Of a stretch of 36,365 nt of DNA, positions 26,331 to 33,891 are shown piece by piece (the first letter of the stretch is position 1; the number at the start of each line of letters is the position of its first letter). A model generated the notes under the pieces. That model ran no database searches, was not told the origin of the DNA, and saw only the letters and a list, made by a program, of their open reading frames with translations. Where the stretch lies: the NCBI GenBank assembly GCA_012719315.1, contig JAAYAP010000043.1, forward strand, positions 1 through 36,365. Reading direction: 5' to 3'. Source of the DNA: Methanobacteriota archaeon (GTDB lineage Archaea; Thermoplasmatota; Thermoplasmata; Methanomassiliicoccales; Methanomethylophilaceae). A program made the translations under genes and the position numbers.

Positions 26331-26957
26331 ATGAGGATATGCGAGCATTTCCGATCCCTGCAGGGAGAAGGTCTGACGATCGGCGTCCCCACCTACTTCG
26401 TGAGGACCGCCGGCTGCAACCTCGACTGCGAATGGTGCGACACGAAGTACGCGCGGGAGGATCCCGGCATCGAAGTCACCGTCGATCAGGTGATGGAGAT
26501 GATCGGATCGTCGGCCAACGTCTGCGTGACCGGCGGCGAACCGCTCCTGCAGAGCGATATGCCCGAGCTGCTGAACCGGCTCCTGAACGGAGGCAAGAAA
26601 GTGGTGCTGGAGACCAACGGCTCGGTCGACCTCTCGGGGGTGCCGGATCATCCCGGTCTGATCATCAGCATGGATATCAAGTGCCCGACCTCCGGCATGG
26701 ACGCCGAGATGCGCCTCGCCAACCTGACGATGCTGACGTCGAAGGACCAGCTGAAGTTCGTAATCGCCGACAAGAAGGACCTCTATTACGCCATCAGGTT
26801 CATGGAGGACCATCCGACGGATGCGAACGTCATCTTCACGCCCGTGGGCGGCATCGACCTCGAGGCGATCGCCGACGAGGTCGTAATGAGGGGGTTGGAC
26901 GTCAGGGTCCTGCCCCAGCTGCACAAGATCATCTGGGGCGACCGCAGGTCGGTCTGA
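26331..26957 (+). CDS. queE: 7-carboxy-7-deazaguanine synthase (radical SAM)
   Basis: 'SLQGEGLTIGVPTYFVRTAGCNLDCEWCDTKYA' and 'VTGGEPLL'. Confidence 0.88.
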   Translation: MRICEHFRSLQGEGLTIGVPTYFVRTAGCNLDCEWCDTKYAREDPGIEVTVDQVMEMIGSSANVCVTGGEPLLQSDMPELLNRLLNGGKKVVLETNGSVDLSGVPDHPGLIISMDIKCPTSGMDAEMRLANLTMLTSKDQLKFVIADKKDLYYAIRFMEDHPTDANVIFTPVGGIDLEAIADEVVMRGLDVRVLPQLHKIIWGDRRSV

Positions 26958-26960
26958 TCC

Positions 26961-27308
26961 TCAGCCCTTGTCCTCGAAGGACTTCATCCTCTCGTATCTT
27001 CTGACGAAGTCCCTGACCGCGTCCTCGACGAGGCCCTCCTCGTCGTAGGACACCTGTATGCCTCCGCGCTCGAGGATAGCCAGCCCGTGGTGCCCGATGC
27101 CGCCGGTGATGACGGCGTCGACCCCCAGTCCGACGATGGCGTCCGCCACCAGCATGCCGGCGCCCTCCAGGGCGTCGGCGTGCTCGTTGACCACGACCTC
27201 GTAGTCCAGGGTCTCGGAGTCGACGATCAGGAAATAGGGGGCGTGGCCGAAGTCGTCGGCCACGTAGGAGTCCAGGGAATCGCCTTCGGCGATGACGCCG
27301 ATCCTCAT
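26961..27308 (-). CDS. NifB/NifX-family (FeMo-cofactor biosynthesis domain) small protein
   Basis: 115 aa, 'FGHAPYFLIVD', 'AGMLVADAIVGLGVDAVITGGIGHHGLAIL'. ATGA overlap with the upstream Mrp gene. Confidence 0.75.
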   Translation of the reverse strand: MRIGVIAEGDSLDSYVADDFGHAPYFLIVDSETLDYEVVVNEHADALEGAGMLVADAIVGLGVDAVITGGIGHHGLAILERGGIQVSYDEEGLVEDAVRDFVRRYERMKSFEDKG

Positions 27309-28135
27309 TTGCGCTCCACCGTTCTGACGATCCGGTCGACGATCTCCATGAACGCCTGCGCCGATTTGGATTCAGGGTCGGAGATCACCACGGGCATCCC
27401 CTCGTCCCCGGCCCGCACCACGGCGGGCTCCAGCGGGACGCGTCCGAGGAACTGTATGCCCATCTCGGCCGCGGCGGCCTCTCCGCCGCCGGACTTGAAG
27501 ATCTCCGTGGTCTCCCCGCAGTGGGGGCAGACGAATCCGCTCATGTTCTCCACGATGCCGATCACGGGTATCTTGGTCTGCGTCGCGAAGGTGACGCTCT
27601 TCCTGCTGTCGAGCAGAGCCACGTCCTGGGGCGTGGTGACGATGACCGCGCCGTCCGCCTTGGGTATGAGCTGCACGATCGACAGCGCCTCGTCGCCGGT
27701 CCCCGGCGGCATGTCGACGATCAGGTAGTCGAGGTCCCCCCAGTTGACGTCCTCGATGAACTGCTTCACCGCCGTCATCTTGATGGGTCCCCTCCACATG
27801 ATGGCCGAATCCCTGTCGGGGAGCAGGAACGCCATCGACATCAGCTTCAGGGAAGGGGGCACGATCACCGGCTTCAGCAGGTCGCCGTCCGCGGTGAGCT
27901 TCTCGTCCTCGACGTGGAACATCTTGGGGATGTTCGGACCGGTGATGTCGATGTCCATCAACCCGGTCTGATGCCCTGCCATCGACAACGCGATCGCGAG
28001 GTTGGACGAGACCGTGCTCTTACCGACACCGCCTTTGCCGCTCATGATGATGATGACGTGTTTGATCCGGGCAAGACTGTCGCTGAGTCTCGTCTGCTCC
28101 TCTATATCCTTCTCGCTCAACATGGGTTTAGACAT
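27305..28135 (-). CDS. Mrp/NBP35/ApbC-family Fe-S cluster carrier ATPase
   Basis: Deviant Walker A 'SGKGGVGKST', 'DMPPGTGD', and the CxxC motif 'FVCPHCGE'. ATG 28135 follows GGAGGA by 7 nt. The track start at 28159 is a GTG. Confidence 0.88.
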   Translation of the reverse strand: MSKPMLSEKDIEEQTRLSDSLARIKHVIIIMSGKGGVGKSTVSSNLAIALSMAGHQTGLMDIDITGPNIPKMFHVEDEKLTADGDLLKPVIVPPSLKLMSMAFLLPDRDSAIMWRGPIKMTAVKQFIEDVNWGDLDYLIVDMPPGTGDEALSIVQLIPKADGAVIVTTPQDVALLDSRKSVTFATQTKIPVIGIVENMSGFVCPHCGETTEIFKSGGGEAAAAEMGIQFLGRVPLEPAVVRAGDEGMPVVISDPESKSAQAFMEIVDRIVRTVERK

Positions 28136-28224
28136 CTGTGGTCCTCCTGGAATGGACACAAATGTTGGACTACACTTATAAATCTATCAAAACAGATTTA
28201 TCCGCCCGCCGCCATCACTGCCGT

Positions 28225-28626
28225 ATGCCGTTGGGCGATCCGGGCGGAGGGGAGTTCACATACACGACCGAAGGTCTGCCCCGGAACCTCTTCGTCGCGG
28301 TCATACCGGTGAGCGATCCCGGGGCCAGCCTGGTTTTCTACGAAGAGGTCCTGGGCATGCGCGAGGCGTACCGTTCCGACGGCGAGATCGGCGTGATGCG
28401 CGAGGCCGCGCGGTTCATCCTGCGCCGGGCGGACGCCGTCGGCGTCGACACCGGCATCTACGTCGGCGTCGACAGCGCCTACGACCTCCACCGCCGCCTG
28501 GTCGACGAGGGCATCGACTTCGTGCAGTACCCCAAGCGGGAGCCGTGGGGGGTCAGCACGGCCTTCCTCGATCCCGACCGCAACATCATCCGGGCGATCG
28601 AGCTGTCCGACGGGCCGCCTGCATAA
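28225..28626 (+). CDS. VOC (glyoxalase/bleomycin-resistance) family protein
   Basis: 'VAVIPVSDPGASLVFYEEVLGM' and 'REPWGVSTAFLDPDRNIIRAIE'. ATG 28225 lies about 25 nt after an A/T-rich box. The track ORF start at 28138 falls inside the divergent promoter region. Confidence 0.75.
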   Translation: MPLGDPGGGEFTYTTEGLPRNLFVAVIPVSDPGASLVFYEEVLGMREAYRSDGEIGVMREAARFILRRADAVGVDTGIYVGVDSAYDLHRRLVDEGIDFVQYPKREPWGVSTAFLDPDRNIIRAIELSDGPPA

Positions 28627-28658
28627 GTGTTTTATCGGCATCCGCCTTAGCCGTCGGC

Positions 28659-29243
28659 ATGAAAGTCATCGCCCTCAACGGCAGCCCGCGTCTGATCGGC
28701 AACACCGGCAACGCCCTCAACGACGTCCTCGACGAGATCGAGAAGGAAGGCATCGAAGTGGAGCAGATACAGCTGTACGCCCATCACCTGGAGCGGTGCA
28801 ACGACTGCAGATCGTGCATGATCCGCGGCGACGGCCGCTGCATCATCGAGGAGGACGACCTCAACGACATCCTCGACAAGCTCAGGCAGGCCGACGGCAT
28901 CATCCTCGCCTCGCCCTGCTATTACGGCTCCTGCTCGAGCCAGATGCAGACCTTCCTCGAACGCGCCGGCCTGCCGCTGGAGACCGGCGACATGGGTCTG
29001 AAGCGGAAGGTGGGCGCGGCCATGGTCGTCAACGCGCACGACGGCGGTTCGCTCGTCCATGCGCAGCTGGTCGGCTGGATGCTCCGCAACGAGATGGTCG
29101 TCGTCGGCGGCAACCCCGCTCCGATACTGAACGCCCTCAACTCCCCCCAGTACCTGGAGGACAAGCAGGGCATGCGGGCGGTCACCCGCATGGCCCGCGA
29201 GATGGCCTGGGCGGTGCTCAGGCTCAACGGGCTCGACTGCTGA
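28659..29243 (+). CDS. Iron-sulfur flavoprotein (Isf-like, NADPH-dependent FMN reductase fold)
   Basis: 'MKVIALNGSPRLIGNT', the compact Cys motif 'CNDCRSCMIRGDGRC' (Cx2Cx2Cx7C), and 'ADGIILASPCYYGS'. Confidence 0.75.
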   Translation: MKVIALNGSPRLIGNTGNALNDVLDEIEKEGIEVEQIQLYAHHLERCNDCRSCMIRGDGRCIIEEDDLNDILDKLRQADGIILASPCYYGSCSSQMQTFLERAGLPLETGDMGLKRKVGAAMVVNAHDGGSLVHAQLVGWMLRNEMVVVGGNPAPILNALNSPQYLEDKQGMRAVTRMAREMAWAVLRLNGLDC

Positions 29244-29249
29244 CGGGCC

Positions 29250-29972
29250 TCAGAAGAAGTGGAACCCGCAGCCTTCCTCGGACGAGATCCTGCCGACGGC
29301 GCCGAGCCGCTCCAGCGGACCGGAGTAGCGTCTGACCATCATCTTGCCCTCGCTCGGGAGCACCTCGGTCAGCCTCTCCACCTCCTCCAGGAGGGTCAGG
29401 GCGTCCTCGGGCGTGAAGATCCTGCCGGCCGCGGCGGCTTCCGGCACCGATGCGACGAACGGGCAGCCGTGCCTGCCGGCGATCTCCGGCAGCAGGCTGT
29501 TGTCGGGGCCGAACGTGCCGATGCAGCCCCTGCCCTTGTCCCATGACAGCCTGCAGCGCCCGCAGATGTCCTTCATCTCGTCGAACCCGATCAGATCCCA
29601 TCCCGTGAGGCGGTTCTCGGGCGCGGAGGCCGACAGCACCGCCTCCCGGCGTTCCGGGGACAGGCCCTCCAGCGGCACCCAGCCCGTGTGACGCAGCCCG
29701 CTGAACGGCGCGAGCAGGGCGATGTCGCCCGCATCCCTGATCTTCTCGAGATAGACGGCGTCGGCATCCGCGCCGATGCGGTTCCTGTCGGTGAACTGCT
29801 CCCAGTCGGGGAACAGCTCCCTCGCCTTCTCCAGGGTCACGATCCGGTCGGATTCGGAGATGTCCTCGAATCCCCGGACGTCGTCCACCCTCGCCTTGCG
29901 GATGTCCAGCCTCATCTCCCTGCACAGGGCGTTCTCCGCCTCTATCTCGATTATGCCTATGTTTATGCCCAT
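29250..29972 (-). CDS. Hypothetical Cys-motif protein (240 aa)
   Basis: Starts MGINIGIIEIEAEN at ATG 29972, about 35 nt from the TTATAA box. Motif C137-x2-C140-x9-C150-x19-C170 ('CGRCRLSWDKGRGC...GC'). The rest of the 557-aa track ORF is antisense to the PUA and SepF genes and is rejected. Confidence 0.6.
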   Translation of the reverse strand: MGINIGIIEIEAENALCREMRLDIRKARVDDVRGFEDISESDRIVTLEKARELFPDWEQFTDRNRIGADADAVYLEKIRDAGDIALLAPFSGLRHTGWVPLEGLSPERREAVLSASAPENRLTGWDLIGFDEMKDICGRCRLSWDKGRGCIGTFGPDNSLLPEIAGRHGCPFVASVPEAAAAGRIFTPEDALTLLEEVERLTEVLPSEGKMMVRRYSGPLERLGAVGRISSEEGCGFHFF

Positions 29973-30003
29973 GTCCGATCGCCTCCGACATGAGTCTCCG
30001 GGA

Positions 30004-30009
30004 TTATAA
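30004..30009. promoter_or_regulatory. Palindromic TTATAA box centred between divergent start codons
   Basis: This is the only A/T-rich element in the 69-nt spacer. Its centre is 34.5 nt from ATG 29972 (minus strand) and 35.5 nt from ATG 30042 (plus strand). Confidence 0.4.
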
Positions 30010-30041
30010 GCAACCCTGTCGGGGCGGATATCGGCGCAATC

Positions 30042-30563
30042 ATGATTAATCCGGAGATTGATGGGCATGCGATGGCAGACATAATGATCCGCAAGCGGAA
30101 GAGGATGAAGGTCAAGGAGATCAGGGTGTACTCCAAGGGGCTGGAGGAGATCTTCGGCGTCCCGGTCTTCACCGAGGACGAGCCGGTGGATTTCGCCGAG
30201 AGCTCCGAGTTCGACCTGCTCTTCGCCGGCAACGACATCGTCGGATTGGTTCATGAAGGACGGCCGTTCCTCACCGTCAGGGGGCTGATCAGGTACCGGC
30301 CGGAGCGGAGGGCGGTCACCGTCGACATGGGCGCGGTGCCGTTCATCTCCAAGGGCGCGGACTGCATGGGCCCGGGCATCGTCGACGCCGATCCCGGCAT
30401 CGAGGCGGGGGACCTCGTCTGGATCAGGGACGTGCGCAACAGGGTGCCGCTGGCGGTCGGCATCTCGGAGCGCTCGGGCGCGGAGCTGACGGAGAAGGGG
30501 CCGGGCAAGGCGATCCTCTCGCTGCACCATGTCGGCGACAAGCTCTGGAAGACGGGGGAGTGA
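30042..30563 (+). CDS. PUA-domain RNA-binding protein (COG2016/Tma20-like)
   Basis: 'RPFLTVRGLIRY', 'AVPFISKGADCMGPGIV', 'GDLVWIRDVRNRVPLAVGI', 'GKAILSLHHVGDKLW'. Confidence 0.8.
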   Translation: MINPEIDGHAMADIMIRKRKRMKVKEIRVYSKGLEEIFGVPVFTEDEPVDFAESSEFDLLFAGNDIVGLVHEGRPFLTVRGLIRYRPERRAVTVDMGAVPFISKGADCMGPGIVDADPGIEAGDLVWIRDVRNRVPLAVGISERSGAELTEKGPGKAILSLHHVGDKLWKTGE

Positions 30564-30566
30564 GCG

Positions 30567-30902
30567 ATGGGAGGAGATGCCGCGGGCAGGAAGGTGTTCG
30601 TCGACCTGAGCACGTACCCGACGCGGACCAGGACGCCGTCCGGCGCCCGCGTCAAGATGGTGGACGTCATCACCCGGCGGGACCTGAAGGCGCTGACCGA
30701 TATGGCGTACGGAGGCGGCGTCATCGTCATGGACTTCTCCCGGTTCGCCGACGGGGACCTGCAGAAACGGAGCATGGCGGACGAGCTGATGAGGACGGCC
30801 GCCGATGTCAACGGCGCGTTCATGGAGGTCTCCGACCGCATCATGATACTGAGTTGCAACGGCATGCCGATCGACAGGGTCAGGCAACCATCCGGGGGCT
30901 GA
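30567..30902 (+). CDS. sepF: SepF-like (DUF552) cell-division protein
   Basis: 111 aa. The core 'VKMVDVITRRDLKALTDMAYGGGVIVMDFSRF...QKRSMADELMRTAADVNGAFMEVSDRIMILSCNG' fits the SepF pattern: a sheet, 'vilnL', an Rxxd helix, then 'G....v....fl..P'. Confidence 0.6.
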   Translation: MGGDAAGRKVFVDLSTYPTRTRTPSGARVKMVDVITRRDLKALTDMAYGGGVIVMDFSRFADGDLQKRSMADELMRTAADVNGAFMEVSDRIMILSCNGMPIDRVRQPSGG

Positions 30903-30906
30903 GACG

Positions 30907-32202
30907 ATGACCAAGGGCGGCAAGACCGTGTTCGATCCCGTGCACGGGAGCGTGAAGGTCTCCGGCCTCCAGTTGGAGCTGCTGGACCGCCACGAGATGC
31001 AGAGGCTGCGCTACGTCAGGCAGCTGGACATGGGTTATCTGGTCTTCCCGGGCGCGAACCACACGCGGTTCGAGCATTGCCTGGGCACCTTCCACCTCGC
31101 CGGACGCATGGCGGACGCGCTGGAACTGACCGGGACGGAGAAGGCGGAGGTGGTCACGGCGGGGCTGCTGCACGACATCTCGCACGCACCCCTGTCGCAC
31201 ACGCTGGAGGAGTTGATCGTCGAACGCACCGGCAAGGACCACATGAGCATGGCCAGGGAGATCGTCATGGGCCGGACGCAGACCTTCCGCGAGCGTGACG
31301 CGGACCTCTTCGGCGGGACCTGCTCCATCGCCGAGGCGATCGCCGACGCGGGACTCGATCCCGGGCGCGTCTGCGACATCATCGAGCATCCGCGCTCGCG
31401 CTCGCCGTCCGCCGGATGGAGGTCGCATTTCTCGCCCGAGGACCTCCTCCATCAGATCATCCACGGGCCGATCGACGCCGACCAGATGGATTATCTCCTG
31501 AGGGATGCCCACTACACCGGGGTGAAGTGGGGGGCGATCGACGTGGAGCGCATCCTCGACACGATCGGGGTCTGCAACAACCGCCTGGTCATCGACCGGG
31601 GCGGCACGGTCGCCGCCGAGGGCCTGATGATGGCGCGGTCGATGATGTACTCAGCGGTCTACTACCACCTCACGGTGAGGATCTTCAAGATGATGCTGGT
31701 CAAGGCGGTGGAGTGCTCGGCCGTCGACCTCGGCGCGGTGCACACCTGGAACGATGCCGACCTCTTCGACGCGCTCGTCGCCGAAGGCGGACGGCCGTCC
31801 CTGCTGGCCCGCTCGGTGATGTCGCGCCGCCCTTACAAGACGGCGCTGACCCTCCGCAGCGAGGAGACGGACGAGGAGACGGCGGCGATGCTGGCCCGGT
31901 ACACCCCGTACGGGTCGCGACGGGCGCTGGAGGAGGAGCTGGCCGGCAAGCTGGGCCTGGACGTGTCCGAGGTGATCGTCGACATGCCCTCCGAAGCGGC
32001 GATGCTCTCCAAGGCCAGGATCGGCAAGACCGACGTGGCGGTGCTCGACGGCAACGGCAGGGTCAGGCCGCTGACGCGCCTGTCGTCGGTGGCCAAGGGC
32101 CTGCAGTCCCGCGATCCGTTCGGATGGAAGCTCTCGATCGCGGTGCCGGCAGGGCACGAGGAGAGGGCGGCCGCGGCCGCCCGTCGGATCCTCAGCCTTT
32201 GA
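30907..32202 (+). CDS. HD-domain phosphohydrolase (COG1078, dNTPase/SAMHD1-like)
   Basis: 'FDPVHGSV', 'QRLRYVRQL', 'NHTRFEHCLG', 'LLHDISHAPLSH', 'DADQMDYLLRDAHYTG'. Confidence 0.85.
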   Translation: MTKGGKTVFDPVHGSVKVSGLQLELLDRHEMQRLRYVRQLDMGYLVFPGANHTRFEHCLGTFHLAGRMADALELTGTEKAEVVTAGLLHDISHAPLSHTLEELIVERTGKDHMSMAREIVMGRTQTFRERDADLFGGTCSIAEAIADAGLDPGRVCDIIEHPRSRSPSAGWRSHFSPEDLLHQIIHGPIDADQMDYLLRDAHYTGVKWGAIDVERILDTIGVCNNRLVIDRGGTVAAEGLMMARSMMYSAVYYHLTVRIFKMMLVKAVECSAVDLGAVHTWNDADLFDALVAEGGRPSLLARSVMSRRPYKTALTLRSEETDEETAAMLARYTPYGSRRALEEELAGKLGLDVSEVIVDMPSEAAMLSKARIGKTDVAVLDGNGRVRPLTRLSSVAKGLQSRDPFGWKLSIAVPAGHEERAAAAARRILSL

Positions 32203-33643
32203 CGACGCCGATCGGCCTCAGCCGCACGACCCTGTCGGCGATCCCGGCGTCGCAGACGACCCTGATGACCTCGTCGACGTCCTTGTACGCCAGGGGAGCC
32301 TCCTCCCTCAGCCCTTCGTCGGTGCCGCTGCGGAGGCAGATGCCGCTCTCGGCCATGCCCTCCTTGATCGCCTTGGCGCTGGTGCTGCCGATGGCGGCCT
32401 TGCGCGACAGCCGGCGGCCGGCGCCGTGGCAGGCCGAGCCGAACGTCTCGTCCATCGCGCCCTGCCGGCCGGCGAGCACGTAGGTGCCGGCCATCATGTC
32501 GCCCGGGACGATGACCGGCTGCCCGAGCTCGCGGTACTCCGGGGCGATCTCCCGTCTGCCGGGGGCGAAGGCGCGGGTCGCGCCCTTCCTGTGCACCAGG
32601 ACGTCCATGTCGCGGCCGTCCACTCTGTGGCGCTCCTTCTTGGCGATGTTGTGGGCGACATCGTAGACCATCCGCATGCCCATGTCCTCGGCCGATCCGC
32701 CGAGGGCGTTCTCGAACGACTCCCTGATCCAATGGGTGATCATCTGCCGGTTGGCCCAGGCGTAGTTGGCCCCGCAGCACATCGCCTTGTAGTAATCGTC
32801 GCCCTGCCGCGAGGACAGCGGGGCGCAGGCCAGCTGCCGGTCCGGCAGCTCCACCGAGTTCTCCCTGATGTAGCGTTCCATGACCTGGAGGTGATCGGTG
32901 GCGATCTGGTGCCCGCACCCTCTGGAGCCGCAATGCACGGTGACGGTGACCGTGCCCTCGCGGAGCCCGAATCCCGTGGCGGTGCGTTCGTCGTAGACGG
33001 TGTCGACGACGTCCAGCTCCAGGAAGTGGTTGCCGGAGCCCAGCGACCCCAGCTGGGGGATGCCCCGTTTGAGGGCCTTGTCGCTGACCTTCGCGGGGTC
33101 GGCGTCCTCCATGCACCCGCCTTCCTCGGTGACCGCGAGGTCGCTCTCCCATCCGTAGCCGTTCTCGACCGCCCAGGCCGATCCGCGCCTGAGGATGTCG
33201 TCGAGGTCCTTGCCGGTGAGCTTGGTCAGGCCCTTGGAGCCGAGGCCCGAGGGGACGTTCCGGTACAGCTCGTCCATCAAGCCGCCGAGCCTGCCCCCGA
33301 TGTCCTCCGGCGTCAGGTCGGACGCGATCAGGCGCACCCCGCAGTTGATGTCGAAGCCGATGCCGCCGGGGGAGATGGAGCCGGTGTCGGCATCGACCGC
33401 GGCCACGCCGCCGATGGGGAACCCGTACCCCCAGTGTATGTCGGGCATCGCCAGCGAGCTCCCGACGATCCCCGGCAGGCAGGCGACGTTGGCCGCCTGC
33501 TGCGGCGCGTTGTCGCTTCTGATCTGCTCGATCATGGACTCGCTGGCGTATATCACGGCATTGGTCCTCATGCCCGGCATGTAGTCTTGGGGTATCTCCC
33601 ATCTGTTCTCGTCGATCCTGTTAAGCGTGCCGTTCCATGCCAT
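32192..33643 (-). CDS. rtcB: RNA-splicing (3'-phosphate/5'-hydroxy) ligase RtcB
   Basis: 'MPDIHWGYGFPIGGVAA', 'GSGNHFLE', 'HCGSRGCGHQIA', 'VAHNIAKKE'. GGAGGG lies 11 nt upstream of the ATG. Confidence 0.95.
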   Translation of the reverse strand: MAWNGTLNRIDENRWEIPQDYMPGMRTNAVIYASESMIEQIRSDNAPQQAANVACLPGIVGSSLAMPDIHWGYGFPIGGVAAVDADTGSISPGGIGFDINCGVRLIASDLTPEDIGGRLGGLMDELYRNVPSGLGSKGLTKLTGKDLDDILRRGSAWAVENGYGWESDLAVTEEGGCMEDADPAKVSDKALKRGIPQLGSLGSGNHFLELDVVDTVYDERTATGFGLREGTVTVTVHCGSRGCGHQIATDHLQVMERYIRENSVELPDRQLACAPLSSRQGDDYYKAMCCGANYAWANRQMITHWIRESFENALGGSAEDMGMRMVYDVAHNIAKKERHRVDGRDMDVLVHRKGATRAFAPGRREIAPEYRELGQPVIVPGDMMAGTYVLAGRQGAMDETFGSACHGAGRRLSRKAAIGSTSAKAIKEGMAESGICLRSGTDEGLREEAPLAYKDVDEVIRVVCDAGIADRVVRLRPIGVVKG

Positions 33644-33681
33644 GGTTGATGGACCCTCCTGCGGGTATTAAAAATCAAAGG

Positions 33682-33759
33682 TGGGGCCCGAGCCGAGATT
33701 TGAACACGAGTCGGGGGATCCACAATCCCCTAGGATAACCAGGCTACCCTACTCGGGCC
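33682..33759 (-). tRNA. tRNA-His (anticodon GTG) with encoded G-1 and 3' CCA
   Basis: Reverse complement: G(-1)-GCCCGAG...GGGGA-TTGTGGA-TCCCC...TCGTG-TTCAAAT-CTCGG-CTCGGGC-C-CCA. The anticodon GTG is plus-strand 'cac' at 33721-33723. The G-1:C73 pair is the histidine identity element. Confidence 0.85.
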
Positions 33760-33788
33760 ATATGATACGGCGCTGATTATGTCGCCGT

Positions 33789-33796
33789 TAATAAAT
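33789..33796 (-). promoter_or_regulatory. TATA-like box for tRNA-His
   Basis: Minus strand ATTTATTA, about 30 nt upstream of the tRNA 5' end (33759). Confidence 0.4.
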
Positions 33797-33860
33797 GTTT
33801 CTGATTCGCGGGATCCCGGCGGCATCCGGCCGGTCCCGGGCTCCGGAACGGGCGCATGAG

Positions 33861-33868
33861 TATATTTA
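33861..33868 (+). promoter_or_regulatory. TATA-like box for argF
   Basis: TATATTTA, centred about 27 nt upstream of ATG 33892. Confidence 0.45.
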
Positions 33869-33891
33869 GTCCTGCGGACATAGGTGTGCAC

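Noticed and set aside
30561-30563. Selenocysteine or programmed recoding at the TGA between the PUA and SepF ORFs.
   Set aside because: I saw no SECIS-like hairpin, and TGA is the dominant genuine stop codon here. The shared frame has a one-in-three chance expectation. I kept it only as a low-priority check within the SepF finding.
1089-30923. N-terminal extensions of track ORFs, whose listed starts are 1089, 15152, 17957, 19302, 19249, 22693, 24880, 25260, 28138, 28545, 30923 and 33856.
   Set aside because: The extensions are Arg-rich, overlap the preceding gene or a promoter, and precede an internal ATG. That ATG gives the canonical family N-terminus and an ATGA/TGATG junction or correct TATA spacing. 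The track also reports GTG/TTG starts as M.
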